Shown here: in pieces, positions 40,286 through 50,260 of the stretch
Layout of the letters: each line of letters begins with the position of its first letter
How positions within the stretch are numbered: the first letter of the stretch is position 1
Origin: an uncultured Leuconostoc sp.
GTDB lineage: Bacteria; Bacillota; Bacilli; Lactobacillales; Lactobacillaceae
Assembly: GCF_946222815.1 (NCBI RefSeq)
Contig: NZ_CAMJRK010000001.1
Span: forward strand, 1 to 55,500
Direction: 5' to 3'
Length of the DNA stretch: 55,500 nucleotides
The notes under the pieces: generated by a model
What the model saw: the letters and a program-made list of their open reading frames with translations, nothing else
Databases searched by the model: none
Told to the model about the DNA's origin: nothing
Program-made: the position numbers and the translations under genes

Positions 40286-41131
40286 ATGAGTAAAAAAACA
40301 AATTGGCTTATCGGCGGTATCGCCGTCGTTGTTATTGCTGCTGGTGCCTATCTAAGTTTTGGTCATCAAAGTAGTCAATCTTCTGAAAAAACTGTGACCA
40401 TTGGTGTTATGGCTGGTGATAAAAATGAAGATGAAATTTGGAAATCTGTCAGTAAAACTGCTAAAGATAAGTATGGCATTACCTTAAAAACAAAAAAGTT
40501 TACTGACTATCTTCAGCCAAACAAAGCCCTTTCTGCTGGCGATATTGATTTAAATGCCTTCCAAAACTACCCCTATTTAGCTAATTGGAATGACCAATAT
40601 AAAACAAATATTGTCGCTATTGGCGATACATGGACGACACCACTTCGAATTTATTCAGACAAATATAAAAATGTTTCAGATATCAAATCAGGTGATAAAA
40701 TCACAATTGCTAATGACCCGACTAACGAAAATCGTGGTCTACATCTCTTAGCCGAAGCTGGTTTAATTAAAGTTAAAAACACAACAAAAGCAACACCAAA
40801 AGATATTACTGAAAATCCAAAAAATCTGAAGATAACGCCCGTTGATGGTTCACAAACTGCATCTTCTCTAAAAGACCCAACTATTGGCGCATCTGTTATT
40901 AACACTAACTTTGCAAAATCAGCTAAACTAGATGTTGACTCAGCCATTTATATTGAGAAGTTAAATAAAGAGTCTCAACAATACTTTAACTTTATTGCAG
41001 CTAACAAAAAAGACAAAGATAAGCAAGTTTATAAGGATGTTGTCAAGTCATTACAAACTGACAAAACAAAGTCACTTGTTAAAAAGTTTTATGGTACCGC
41101 CCAAATTACTGTTTGGGATTATAAAAAATAA
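40286..41131 (+). CDS. metQ: MetQ/NlpA methionine-binding protein 2
   Basis: FTDYLQPN, DLNAFQN, NDPTNENRGL; tandem paralog. Confidence 0.88.
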   Translation: MSKKTNWLIGGIAVVVIAAGAYLSFGHQSSQSSEKTVTIGVMAGDKNEDEIWKSVSKTAKDKYGITLKTKKFTDYLQPNKALSAGDIDLNAFQNYPYLANWNDQYKTNIVAIGDTWTTPLRIYSDKYKNVSDIKSGDKITIANDPTNENRGLHLLAEAGLIKVKNTTKATPKDITENPKNLKITPVDGSQTASSLKDPTIGASVINTNFAKSAKLDVDSAIYIEKLNKESQQYFNFIAANKKDKDKQVYKDVVKSLQTDKTKSLVKKFYGTAQITVWDYKK

Positions 41132-41195
41132 CGACATGAACGATCAATCTGCAAGTTACTTTGCAGGTACATAACGTTTTATAGGAGAAAATGCG

Positions 41196-42527
41196 ATGAA
41201 TATTCGTCAACAATATATGACACTCCTGGAACAACTTGTTGCAATACCTAGTGTCTCGGCACTCGAGACAAATTTGCCAGAAACTGCAACTATTATTGCA
41301 AATGAGTTTCGTAAACTCGGCGCGCAAGTGATTTATGATGATACTTACTTTGCACCTTTTGTTATCGCTAAGTTCTCAAGCCATAATCCCAATGCCAAAA
41401 CGCTCGTTATTTACAATCATTATGATGTTCAACCAGCTGAACCACTGAATTTATGGCAATCTAACCCTTGGACTTTGACTGCGCACGATGGCAAACTGTA
41501 TGGACGTGGTGTTGATGATGATAAGGGTAATCTCACTGCAAGGTTAGCGGCTATAGCAGAATATTTAGCTGAAAATAACCAAGAATTACCCATAAATATC
41601 ACTTTTATTGTCGAAGGCTCAGAAGAAACTGCCTCACGTTATTTAACAGAATATCTTGCTAAGCACAAAGATCAGTTACAAGCCGACCTCGTGATTTGGG
41701 AGTCAGGTGGTAAAAATGCAGATGACATTATTGACATATTTGGTGGCAACAAAGGTATCGTTACTTTTGATTTGTCTGTAACAACTGCAGCCAACGATTT
41801 GCACTCATCTCTGGCTGCAGTTGTAGATTCTGCCCCAATGCGTTTATCTCGTGCCATTGCTAGTTTATTCGATTCACTTGGAAACATTACTGTGCCACAC
41901 TTTTACGATAATGTTGTGGCACCAAATGATCGCGAAAAAGCACTTGTGCAGGCATTACCATTAACCAGAGAATCACTCATTGCACAGCATGGTTTAACCG
42001 CACCACTCTATTCTGATCGCAATGGCAACGACCTTAAAGAAACATTATATTTTAAACCAACAATTAACATTGAGGGCATCACATCAGGTTATAATGGTAA
42101 TGGTGTTAAAACAGTGTTACCTGCCAAAGCTACTGCTAAACTAGAATCACGTTTAGTGCCTAATATGTCGCCAGACTTAACCTTACAACATATAGCTGAT
42201 CACTTAAAGACAGTTGGTTTATCTGATATTGTGATTACTAAAACACTCGGTCAACCTGGCTATCGTAGTGACATGTCTGATCCCGAAATATTACGTGTTA
42301 TAAACATCGCCGCTAAGTATTACCATGTCTCACCAGTAGTTATGCCCACATCACCTGGTACAGGTCCTATGGCCATTATTCACCACACGCTACAGGCGCC
42401 CATCGCAAGTTTTGGCGTTGGTTATGCTGATACAAAAGATCATGCACCTAACGAAAACATCCGGTTATCGGATTATAACCAACACATTGATGTGATCAAG
42501 GCGCTTATCGAAAGTTATGAGCCATAG
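41196..42527 (+). CDS. M20 family metallopeptidase/amidohydrolase
   Basis: HYDVQP, GRGVDDDKG, EGSEE, HAPNE. Confidence 0.9.
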   Translation: MNIRQQYMTLLEQLVAIPSVSALETNLPETATIIANEFRKLGAQVIYDDTYFAPFVIAKFSSHNPNAKTLVIYNHYDVQPAEPLNLWQSNPWTLTAHDGKLYGRGVDDDKGNLTARLAAIAEYLAENNQELPINITFIVEGSEETASRYLTEYLAKHKDQLQADLVIWESGGKNADDIIDIFGGNKGIVTFDLSVTTAANDLHSSLAAVVDSAPMRLSRAIASLFDSLGNITVPHFYDNVVAPNDREKALVQALPLTRESLIAQHGLTAPLYSDRNGNDLKETLYFKPTINIEGITSGYNGNGVKTVLPAKATAKLESRLVPNMSPDLTLQHIADHLKTVGLSDIVITKTLGQPGYRSDMSDPEILRVINIAAKYYHVSPVVMPTSPGTGPMAIIHHTLQAPIASFGVGYADTKDHAPNENIRLSDYNQHIDVIKALIESYEP

Positions 42528-42567
42528 TCAACCACCATATCTATTGGTTTAAAGAAGGAGTCAATAA

Positions 42568-43647
42568 ATGAGTAACCCCATAATTTCACTAAATCATATC
42601 GATGTCACTTTTTATCAAAAAAAGCGTACCATTGAAGCTGTCAAAGACGTTTCCATCACAATCAATCGTGGCGATGTTTACGGTATTGTCGGTTATTCCG
42701 GTGCCGGCAAATCAACATTAGTACGTGTCATTAACTTATTACAAGAACCAACTAATGGTTCTGTTGTGGTTAATGATGAAACTTTTTTTCAAGCCGATAA
42801 AGAAACAAATAAAAACATACGCATTAAACCAACCGCTCTACGTCATCGTCGTCGTAAAATTGGTATGATTTTTCAACATTTTAATTTATTAAATGAACGC
42901 ACCGTAACTGAAAACGTGGCTTTTGCTTTACAACATAGTAAGTTAACTCAAGATCAAAAAAAGGTTAAAGTCACAGAACTACTACAATTAGTTGATTTAA
43001 CAGACCGTGCTGAACAATTTCCGTCACAACTATCAGGTGGTCAAAAGCAACGTGTTGCCATTGCACGTGCACTAGCAAATGATCCTGAAATTTTAATTTC
43101 TGACGAAGCAACTTCTGCATTAGATCCTAAAACAACCAACCAAATTCTAAGTTTATTAAAAAAACTCAATGAAGAACTTGGCTTAACAATTGTTTTAATC
43201 ACACATGAAATGCAAGCCGTTAAAGAAATTGCCAATAAAGTTGCTGTCATGCAAGATGGTGAAATTATTGAACGTGGCTCATTGCTTGATATATTTGCTC
43301 AGCCAACGCAACAGCTAACTAAAGAATTTATTGAAACAGCAACAAATATTGACAAAGCTATTGCAACGATTTCTTCTCAACCCTTGGTAAAAAATCTTAA
43401 TGATAACGAACTATTTATCCGTTTGTCTTATGTCGGTGCTACAACAGATGAGCCCTTAATTGCTGGTTTATTTCGTGATTTCCAAGTCACGGCTAATATT
43501 TTATATGGCAATGTTGAAATTTTACAAAATACGCCCGTTGGTTCATTACTTGTTATTCTATCGGGTACAGATGAGCAAATTAAGGCAGCAACATCAACTT
43601 TAGCCGATCATCATGTTGAAATTGAAATATTAAAAGGCGGTAAATAA
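42568..43647 (+). CDS. metN: Methionine ABC transporter ATP-binding protein
   Basis: [27 protein letters not shown]-terminal NIL domain. Confidence 0.95.
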   Translation: MSNPIISLNHIDVTFYQKKRTIEAVKDVSITINRGDVYGIVGYSGAGKSTLVRVINLLQEPTNGSVVVNDETFFQADKETNKNIRIKPTALRHRRRKIGMIFQHFNLLNERTVTENVAFALQHSKLTQDQKKVKVTELLQLVDLTDRAEQFPSQLSGGQKQRVAIARALANDPEILISDEATSALDPKTTNQILSLLKKLNEELGLTIVLITHEMQAVKEIANKVAVMQDGEIIERGSLLDIFAQPTQQLTKEFIETATNIDKAIATISSQPLVKNLNDNELFIRLSYVGATTDEPLIAGLFRDFQVTANILYGNVEILQNTPVGSLLVILSGTDEQIKAATSTLADHHVEIEILKGGK

Positions 43648-43649
43648 TT

Positions 43650-44345
43650 ATGATAAAATGGTTTTCAGATACATTCCCAAACGTCGTTTATCAAGGCTGG
43701 ACTGGTGATACAGGCTGGTGGACTTCTATTGTTCAGACATTTTATATGACTTTTTGGTCTGCCATTTTTGGTGGCATTCTTGGTTTAGTCTTTGGTATTG
43801 GTTTAATTATTACAGCCCCAAATGGCATTGCACCAAATAAACTGCTATTCTGGTTCTTTGATAAAGTTGTGTCAGTTTTTCGTGCAGTACCCTTCATCAT
43901 TTTATTAGCGTTCATCGCACCTTTTACGAAATTAATTGTTGGCACTCAAATTGGAACAACCGCAGCTTTGGTTCCGCTAGCGCTTGGTGTCTTCCCATTT
44001 TACGCACGTCAAATACAAGTTGCGTTAGCTGAAGTGGACAGTGGTATTGTTGAGGCTGCTCAGTCGGTAGGTGCCTCATTTTGGGATATTGTCTTTGGCG
44101 TTTATTTACGTGAAGGCCGTTCTGAGATTGTCCGCGTGTCAACCGTTACTTTGATTAGTTTAATCGGTTTAACAGCTATGGCTGGTGCTATAGGGGCTGG
44201 TGGACTAGGTAACATGGCCATTGCTTATGGTTACAATCGCTTTGCCACAGATACAACACTTGTCGCAACATTACTCGTTTTAATTTTTGTCCTTGTTGTT
44301 CAACTTATTGGTGATTATTTGGCCAAGAAACTCAGCCATAAATAG
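43650..44345 (+). CDS. metI: Methionine ABC transporter permease
   Basis: FRAVPFIILL, EAAQSVGA, GAIGAGGLG. Confidence 0.93.
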   Translation: MIKWFSDTFPNVVYQGWTGDTGWWTSIVQTFYMTFWSAIFGGILGLVFGIGLIITAPNGIAPNKLLFWFFDKVVSVFRAVPFIILLAFIAPFTKLIVGTQIGTTAALVPLALGVFPFYARQIQVALAEVDSGIVEAAQSVGASFWDIVFGVYLREGRSEIVRVSTVTLISLIGLTAMAGAIGAGGLGNMAIAYGYNRFATDTTLVATLLVLIFVLVVQLIGDYLAKKLSHK

Positions 44346-44365
44346 CCAATCCCATCTTTTATAAA

Positions 44366-44412
44366 TAAAAATACCTCGAAAATCTAGTGTCATAGATTTT
44401 CGAGGTATTTAT
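44366..44412. terminator. Terminator after the met operon
   Basis: AAAATACCTCGAAAATCTA..TAGATTTTCGAGGTATTT. Confidence 0.85.
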
Positions 44413-44535
44413 TTAGGCTAAATAATTCATTATTCACTCAATGTCACACCAAAAAGCGTATCAATATTCCGATTAACAACACGCTATGCCATCAAATCAT
44501 TCGTTTTTTCAATACAAACACAATCGTATGTGAAT

Positions 44536-45243
44536 TTACCGTTCTAATGTAAATTCAAAACGTTCGCCAACATAATATGAATGCACATATTCAAATGGTC
44601 GTTCATTTTGGTCAAATGATACTTGGCGCACATTCAAAATAGCATCCCCACGTCTAATTTGCAAAAGTTCTGACAAACGTTCATTCGCCAACGTAGCTGA
44701 AATTGTCTGTTCTGCACGTCCTGGTTGAATACCTGCTTTTTCTAAGGTCACATACAAAGATTCTGTTAAATCATGGCGTTCAAAGCCACTAATTAATCTT
44801 GCCGGCAATGTTGTTCTCTCAAGTAAGATAGGTTCATTATTACCCATCCGTAAACGTTCCATAATCAAAACATCATCATCATCTGCTAATTGCAAGTGCG
44901 TAATTTCAGAGGCAGATGGTGATGTTATTTTATAACTGACTGTTTGCGTTTTTGAAACGCGACCTGTATTAGCCATTAGCTCTGTAAAACTTGTCATGCC
45001 TAATGCACGCTCAGATACTTTTTTCTCCGCAACATAAGTCCCAGAACCAATTTTCCGTTCTAATAAGCCCTCATCAACAAGTGTTTGAATCGCTTGTCGT
45101 AACGTCATACGCGACACATTAAAAGTTTCTGACAACTCACGTTCAGCAGGTAAACGCTTCTGAGATTGCCACTCTCCGGCTTCAATACGCGCTTTTATTT
45201 GATTATGAATTTGAATGTAACGTGGTATTGCGGGTTTTGTCAT
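44536..45243 (-). CDS. GntR/HutC (UTRA) regulator, NagR-like
   Basis: LPAERELSETFNVSRMTLRQA, GSGTYV, UTRA domain; follows nagA. Confidence 0.9.
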   Translation of the reverse strand: MTKPAIPRYIQIHNQIKARIEAGEWQSQKRLPAERELSETFNVSRMTLRQAIQTLVDEGLLERKIGSGTYVAEKKVSERALGMTSFTELMANTGRVSKTQTVSYKITSPSASEITHLQLADDDDVLIMERLRMGNNEPILLERTTLPARLISGFERHDLTESLYVTLEKAGIQPGRAEQTISATLANERLSELLQIRRGDAILNVRQVSFDQNERPFEYVHSYYVGERFEFTLER

Positions 45244-46388
45244 TAATTTTTCCGTGCAAAACGACGTCCAAATGAATAAGTCGCCTGTAATTGCATATCT
45301 TCCTTGTTAAATATATTAAAGTCGGCGTCTTTACCAGCTGATAAATCACCTTTTTGGGTTAAACCAAACTCACGTGCCTGATTGACCGAAGTCATTTGCA
45401 CAGCATCATGAATGTCAGCCGATGTGAACTGTTGTATATTACGAAATGCATCATCATACGCTAAAACTGAACCAGCTAAATGGCCATTTTCAAGACGTGC
45501 CTGTTTATCCTGAACCATCACCTTTTGTCCACCAAGTTCGGACACACCGTTGCCTAAACCTTCAGCACGCATAGAATCTGTTACGAGTTCTAACTGATGT
45601 GCACCCTTTAGACGAAAAGCAATTTCCAACATGTCAGGTACAATATGAAAACCATCAGCGATTAACTCACCCGTTATTGACTCTTCTAGCATACCATGTC
45701 CAGTTACTCCTGGTTCGCGATGATGTAGTGGCCTTTGTGCATTGTATAGATGCGTTATATGTGTTGCTCGTGAATGTAGTAATTGTGCACGCGTGGCATT
45801 TGAATGACCAATTGAAGGGATAATATGGTGCTGTAACATAAATTCTTCAAAGTCTGGTATCCCACCATTTTCGGGTGCATAAGTCACTAATCGAATGCGC
45901 TCACCAGATAATGCATACCACTTTTTAAGCAATTCTGTGTTAGGGTCAATAATATATTCTTCTGGTTGTGCACCCATAAATACTTTGTTGATAAATGGCC
46001 CTTCCAAATGAATACCCTGAATCACCGGATTAATTTTAGCTACTTCGTTGATAGTCACCAAAGCCCGTTCGATGTTTTCAGGTGATTGCGTCATTGTTGT
46101 TGGAAATAACGATGTAATCCCTTCAGTAACCATTTTGTTGACCATATCATTGAGCTTTTCGGCATCACCATCCATGGTATCCAGACCATATCCACCATGT
46201 TTATGAACATCAATAAAACCTGGTACAACAATTTTTCCTGTTGCCTCTGCAATCAATTCATCATCGTCTTGTGGCGTCAAATCAACCATATAGCCAACAT
46301 CACAAATCACATCTGTGAAGCGTATATACGCTTCTGCCATATGTTTTGAACCTGTGTAAAGATCAATATTTTTTAATAATTTAGCCAT
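45243..46388 (-). CDS. nagA: N-acetylglucosamine-6-phosphate deacetylase
   Basis: PGFIDVHKHG, HLEGPF, THLYNAQ, ADGFH, LAGS; homology suggests start MAKLL at 46388 rather than 46499. Confidence 0.95.
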   Translation of the reverse strand: MAKLLKNIDLYTGSKHMAEAYIRFTDVICDVGYMVDLTPQDDDELIAEATGKIVVPGFIDVHKHGGYGLDTMDGDAEKLNDMVNKMVTEGITSLFPTTMTQSPENIERALVTINEVAKINPVIQGIHLEGPFINKVFMGAQPEEYIIDPNTELLKKWYALSGERIRLVTYAPENGGIPDFEEFMLQHHIIPSIGHSNATRAQLLHSRATHITHLYNAQRPLHHREPGVTGHGMLEESITGELIADGFHIVPDMLEIAFRLKGAHQLELVTDSMRAEGLGNGVSELGGQKVMVQDKQARLENGHLAGSVLAYDDAFRNIQQFTSADIHDAVQMTSVNQAREFGLTQKGDLSAGKDADFNIFNKEDMQLQATYSFGRRFARKN

Positions 46389-46529
46389 GATATAAATATT
46401 AGCAATCACGTGCCACTCATCGTGAGTCACAAAACAGTGGTTACCATTCCTCCTATTTATTCTTAACCTCATTATAATTGGTATAGACCGATTGTGCAAA
46501 TTTAATCTTCATCAAACTATTAGCACTTA

Positions 46530-47048
46530 TTATTCACCTAAGTTACTATCTGCATGCTGAGTACCAGCCGCATATTTATGAGCAACCTTTGAAGCTGCGG
46601 CTGCAGCTAAAGCACCAACGATATCATCTGCAAATGTGGTCACTGCTTCTGTTGTCTTTCCCTTACGATCCAATTCACCAACTAATCCGACTTTTATTTT
46701 ATCAATATAGCCATAGTTGGTAACGCCAATTGTATCAAAAGACATTGCAATCGCTGTACCTAATGTTTCGTCCACGCCAAATAACGTGTCATCGTTTTCA
46801 ACCAAATCCTGTAATGGTGATTCTAACAAGTGCGCTTCCGCCAAACGATCTAATTCCAAAGCAACCCAGATTTGATGCTGAACGACGCGTTTATGTAAGA
46901 TACTAATGACAGCTTCCTCAACTTGTTCAATCGTCAATCCTGGTAAATAAGATTGTTCACTGTCATAGCCAATTATGGCAATTTCATGAAGCGTAATATG
47001 GTGCCTGTTTAGTTTTTCAACTGTGTTTTCATAAGTTGCATATTGCAT
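46530..47048 (-). CDS. pgpA: Phosphatidylglycerophosphatase A family (YutG-like)
   Basis: FGVDETL, IGVTNYGYIDK, FADDIVGALAAAA; start MQYAT after GGGGG. Confidence 0.85.
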   Translation of the reverse strand: MQYATYENTVEKLNRHHITLHEIAIIGYDSEQSYLPGLTIEQVEEAVISILHKRVVQHQIWVALELDRLAEAHLLESPLQDLVENDDTLFGVDETLGTAIAMSFDTIGVTNYGYIDKIKVGLVGELDRKGKTTEAVTTFADDIVGALAAAAASKVAHKYAAGTQHADSNLGE

Positions 47049-47158
47049 AATTTTTCCCCCTACTGTTTCATCTAGTATATCCAAAAAACGAATATTTAAC
47101 AAAGGTCATTTTTAGACTTGCAAAAATGATTAAACTTCTGTAAAATAGTTAGAGTAAT

Positions 47159-47229
47159 TGCCCCTTGGCCAAGCGGTAAGGCGGTGGCTTCTGGTGCCAC
47201 TATCGTTGGTTCGAATCCAGCAGGGGCAA
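47159..47229 (+). tRNA. tRNA-Gln(CUG)
   Basis: Cloverleaf TGCCCCT/AGGGGCA, anticodon loop TTCTGGT, T-loop TTCGAAT; CCA not encoded; promoter TTGCAA-17-TAAAAT. Confidence 0.95.
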
Positions 47230-47315
47230 TAACTAAGCGATCAATGTGATCGCTTTTTTTGTTCACTTTTTCTGATAATATACGCGTATAATAACCTTTA
47301 TCAGGAGGAATATTT

Positions 47316-47423
47316 ATGTTCACTTTTTCAAGATTTACGGTTGGTGCACATGAGGTTACGCTCAATTTTCCAGAAGAAAGCCATGCAAAACGTATACGTG
47401 CGCTTCAACAACAATACAAATAA
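47316..47423 (+). pseudogene. 35-aa ORF, probable truncated RimJ/RimL-type GNAT N-terminus (or a small protein)
   Basis: MFTFSRFTVGAHEVTLNFPEESHAKRIRALQQQYK*; TATAAT at 47287 and SD AGGAGG. Confidence 0.5.
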
Positions 47424-47435
47424 CTAGGAGACGCT

Positions 47436-47963
47436 ATGGACATTAAGCTTGAACCTTTTTCAGAATCAGATATGCAATACGTTTACGACGTTGAATATGG
47501 TAACTTAGCGGATCACACTTGGATGGCCTTTAATGGCCCCTATTTTCAAGACCCTATCCCAACATGGCCTGAATTTCAACAACAAGCAGATGGACTAATT
47601 GATCATGCACACCATCGTTTAATTTGGTATAACCATCGAATTGTCGGTGAAGTTTCTGCACATTGGGCTGATGGCCCTCTTCAACACTGGTTAGAAATTG
47701 GTATTGTCATCTATCAAAAAAGTGATTGGGGTAAAGGTATTGCCACCGCCTCTGTAAAAATTTGGATTGCAGAACTATTTTCACAACATACAGAACTACC
47801 ACACATTGGCTTAACAACTTGGTCTGGTAATACCGGCATGATGCGTGCTAGTGAAAAAATTGGACTTTTACATGAAGGAACGATTCGACAAGTACGCTAC
47901 TGGCAAGGCGTTTATTATGATTCCGTCAAGTATGGTATTTTGCGTACTGAATTTACGGCTTAA
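47436..47963 (+). CDS. GNAT (RimJ/RimL-like) N-acetyltransferase
   Basis: WGKGIAT, GLTTWSGN..M, IRQVRYW..YYDSVKYGILR. Confidence 0.9.
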   Translation: MDIKLEPFSESDMQYVYDVEYGNLADHTWMAFNGPYFQDPIPTWPEFQQQADGLIDHAHHRLIWYNHRIVGEVSAHWADGPLQHWLEIGIVIYQKSDWGKGIATASVKIWIAELFSQHTELPHIGLTTWSGNTGMMRASEKIGLLHEGTIRQVRYWQGVYYDSVKYGILRTEFTA

Positions 47964-48043
47964 TACACTTTTTCAGTAAATTGATTACATATTTGCATTA
48001 ATATAGAATCTATGTTAAATTAAATTTGTAGTTTAATATTTAA

Positions 48044-48174
48044 CAATCTGGGGTGCCATTGGCTGAGAAACACCCATTGAACCTGATCTGGTTAATACCA
48101 GCGAAGGGAGAATTGCTTTTTTGATGTTGTACTTAGGCAAACTCTTGGCTCATAAATGAACCAAGAGTTTTTTA
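48044..48174 (+). promoter_or_regulatory. TPP riboswitch with terminator
   Basis: GGGGUGC..GCUGAGA..ACCC..GAACCUGAUCUGGUUAAUACCAGCGAAGGGA; terminator at 48139-48174. Confidence 0.95.
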
Positions 48175-48276
48175 TTTGTCTAGAAAACATCATATAAAGA
48201 GAGATTTAAATTTTAAAGCATTTGTATACCAGACATGAAATAATAACTACAAAAAAATTATTGGAGGCATAATCTT

Positions 48277-48858
48277 ATGCAAACTATTTCAAAGTCAAAA
48301 TCAACACGTTGGGCACTCCGTGATGTGTTGTTACTGGCATTCGTCGCTGTTTTTATCGGTTTTATTTTTTGGGTACTTGGCCCAATTTATAATTTATTAT
48401 CAGCTGCCTTAACCCCATTGGGCTTAGCTCCTTTTGCCAATGAACTACTCATTGGTGGCTGGATGATGGCTGCGCCACTTGCCAGTATTTTAATCCGTCA
48501 AGCAGGCGCTGGTGTTTTGGGTGAATTCTTTGCTGCTGCCGTTGAAATGTTACTCGGCGGTCAATGGGGGGTCGCAACTTTGTTGTCTGGCCTTGTACAA
48601 GGTATCGGTAGTGAAGCAGGCTTTGCTGTCTTAGGATACAAAAACTGGGGTTGGCGTGGTATCTTTTCGTCAGCAATTACTGGAACAATTGTGACATTTA
48701 TCTGGTCTGCATTCCGTGATGGTTACAGTTCTTATCATATCGGATTGTTAATCGCCTTATTCATCACACGTTTTATCTCACTTTTGTTCTTTGGTGGCGT
48801 CTTGGTTGTTGCTATCCAAAAACTAATTGAAAAGGCTGGTGTCTTGCATCGTGACTGA
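48277..48858 (+). CDS. ykoE: ECF transporter S component (thiamine/HMP precursor)
   Basis: W.LRDVLL, GVLGEFFAAAVE, GLVQGIGSEAGF; TPP-regulated. Confidence 0.88.
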   Translation: MQTISKSKSTRWALRDVLLLAFVAVFIGFIFWVLGPIYNLLSAALTPLGLAPFANELLIGGWMMAAPLASILIRQAGAGVLGEFFAAAVEMLLGGQWGVATLLSGLVQGIGSEAGFAVLGYKNWGWRGIFSSAITGTIVTFIWSAFRDGYSSYHIGLLIALFITRFISLLFFGGVLVVAIQKLIEKAGVLHRD

Positions 48859-50260
48859 TTTAGTGGTTGACCATGTGAATTTTGCTTATCGCGAAACACC
48901 AGTGTTAACCGATATTTCACTCAAATTACGACCTAACAGTTTTAATTTACTCGTTGGCCCAAGTGGCAGTGGTAAATCTACGCTGCTTAAATTACTATCC
49001 GGTCTCTATCCAACATTTAGTGATGGCTCATTGACTGGTAAGTTAACTCTTGATGATTATGACATTCATGACATTGTGCCTTATCAACGTGTCGCACATA
49101 TTGGCTATCTGTTTCAAAATCCAACCCGGCAATTTGTCATGAGAACACCTTTTGAAGAATTACGATTTAGCCTAGAAAATTTACAGATTAAGCCTGAAGA
49201 TATTGAAAAGCGGATCACTGATGCTATGGAAAGTGTGGGTATGACAGCTTACATGCATCATGATTTATTGCACTTATCTGGTGGCGAAAAACAAAAAGTG
49301 GCACTAGCGACTGTTTTAGCTGCAGATAGTGAGTATTTATTGTTAGATGAACCGTTTGCAAACGTTGATCCCATTGCCAGATTACAACTAATCGACGTGA
49401 TCAAAGCTTATCAAGATCAAGGCAAAACTATTTTAATTACAGATCACGATTGGAGTGGTTATACGGACGCCATTGATACTATCTTTGTAATGGATTCTGG
49501 TCATTTACACAACGCCTTAACAGACGAACGTGAACATATTTTGGCTAAGTTACCAAATCAACCAGCTATCCATACCAGCCTACCGGCCGAAAAAGAAGGT
49601 ATTATTACACTTGACTCTGTGACTTTAAACAGTGGTGCGCGCACGCTGTTGTCGGCCACAACCCGACTATTACCCAAAGAAAAACGAATTCTCATCACTG
49701 GCCCAAATGGTGTGGGTAAATCAACGCTGTTATCTGCCCTTGTTAAGTTATATCCCTATGGCGGTACAATTACCTATCATAAAGAAAATATTGCTAAGCG
49801 TAAAATAGCCAAACATGTGCAGGATATTGCACTGGTTTTTCAAAATGCTGAGCAACAATTTGTTGCCATGACAGTTCAAGAAGAACTTACGCAAGCGCAG
49901 ACGTTAAGTCATTTCCCAGAGTTTTGGTCTGATGATGCAATCACACGTGTCTTAACACAATTAAATCTGCATGACCTTCGTGACCATATTGTTTATCAAT
50001 TGTCTGGCGGTCAACAGAAAAAGTTACAGGTGCTATTAATGTTAATCATTGGCACCCAAACGTTATTGTTTGATGAACCTTTGGCAGGACTTGATAGTAT
50101 CTCACAGCAACATTTACTTGATATCATTTCCGATTTGACAACACGGCAACATCAAACAGTGATCATGATTAGCCATCAGTTACATGCGGTAACCGATTGG
50201 TTTGATTACCATCTACAATTCGATAATCAAGAACTCAATTACGTTGGTGGTGCCTCATGA
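48851..50260 (+). CDS. ykoD: ECF transporter duplicated ATPase
   Basis: Two ABC domains (GPSGSGKST, GPNGVGKST, LSGG twice); probable GTG start overlapping ykoE. Confidence 0.88.
   Translation: MTDLVVDHVNFAYRETPVLTDISLKLRPNSFNLLVGPSGSGKSTLLKLLSGLYPTFSDGSLTGKLTLDDYDIHDIVPYQRVAHIGYLFQNPTRQFVMRTPFEELRFSLENLQIKPEDIEKRITDAMESVGMTAYMHHDLLHLSGGEKQKVALATVLAADSEYLLLDEPFANVDPIARLQLIDVIKAYQDQGKTILITDHDWSGYTDAIDTIFVMDSGHLHNALTDEREHILAKLPNQPAIHTSLPAEKEGIITLDSVTLNSGARTLLSATTRLLPKEKRILITGPNGVGKSTLLSALVKLYPYGGTITYHKENIAKRKIAKHVQDIALVFQNAEQQFVAMTVQEELTQAQTLSHFPEFWSDDAITRVLTQLNLHDLRDHIVYQLSGGQQKKLQVLLMLIIGTQTLLFDEPLAGLDSISQQHLLDIISDLTTRQHQTVIMISHQLHAVTDWFDYHLQFDNQELNYVGGAS

Noticed and set aside
46389..46499. 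N-terminal extension of NagA in the ORF track
   Set aside because: Spans the promoter and SD and has no NagA-like sequence; interpreted as 5' UTR
47096..47365. 89-aa minus-strand ORF
   Set aside because: Antisense to tRNA-Gln; typical artefact
47159..47963. tRNA-anchored genomic island
   Set aside because: No integrase and no repeat of the tRNA 3' end seen downstream in the window
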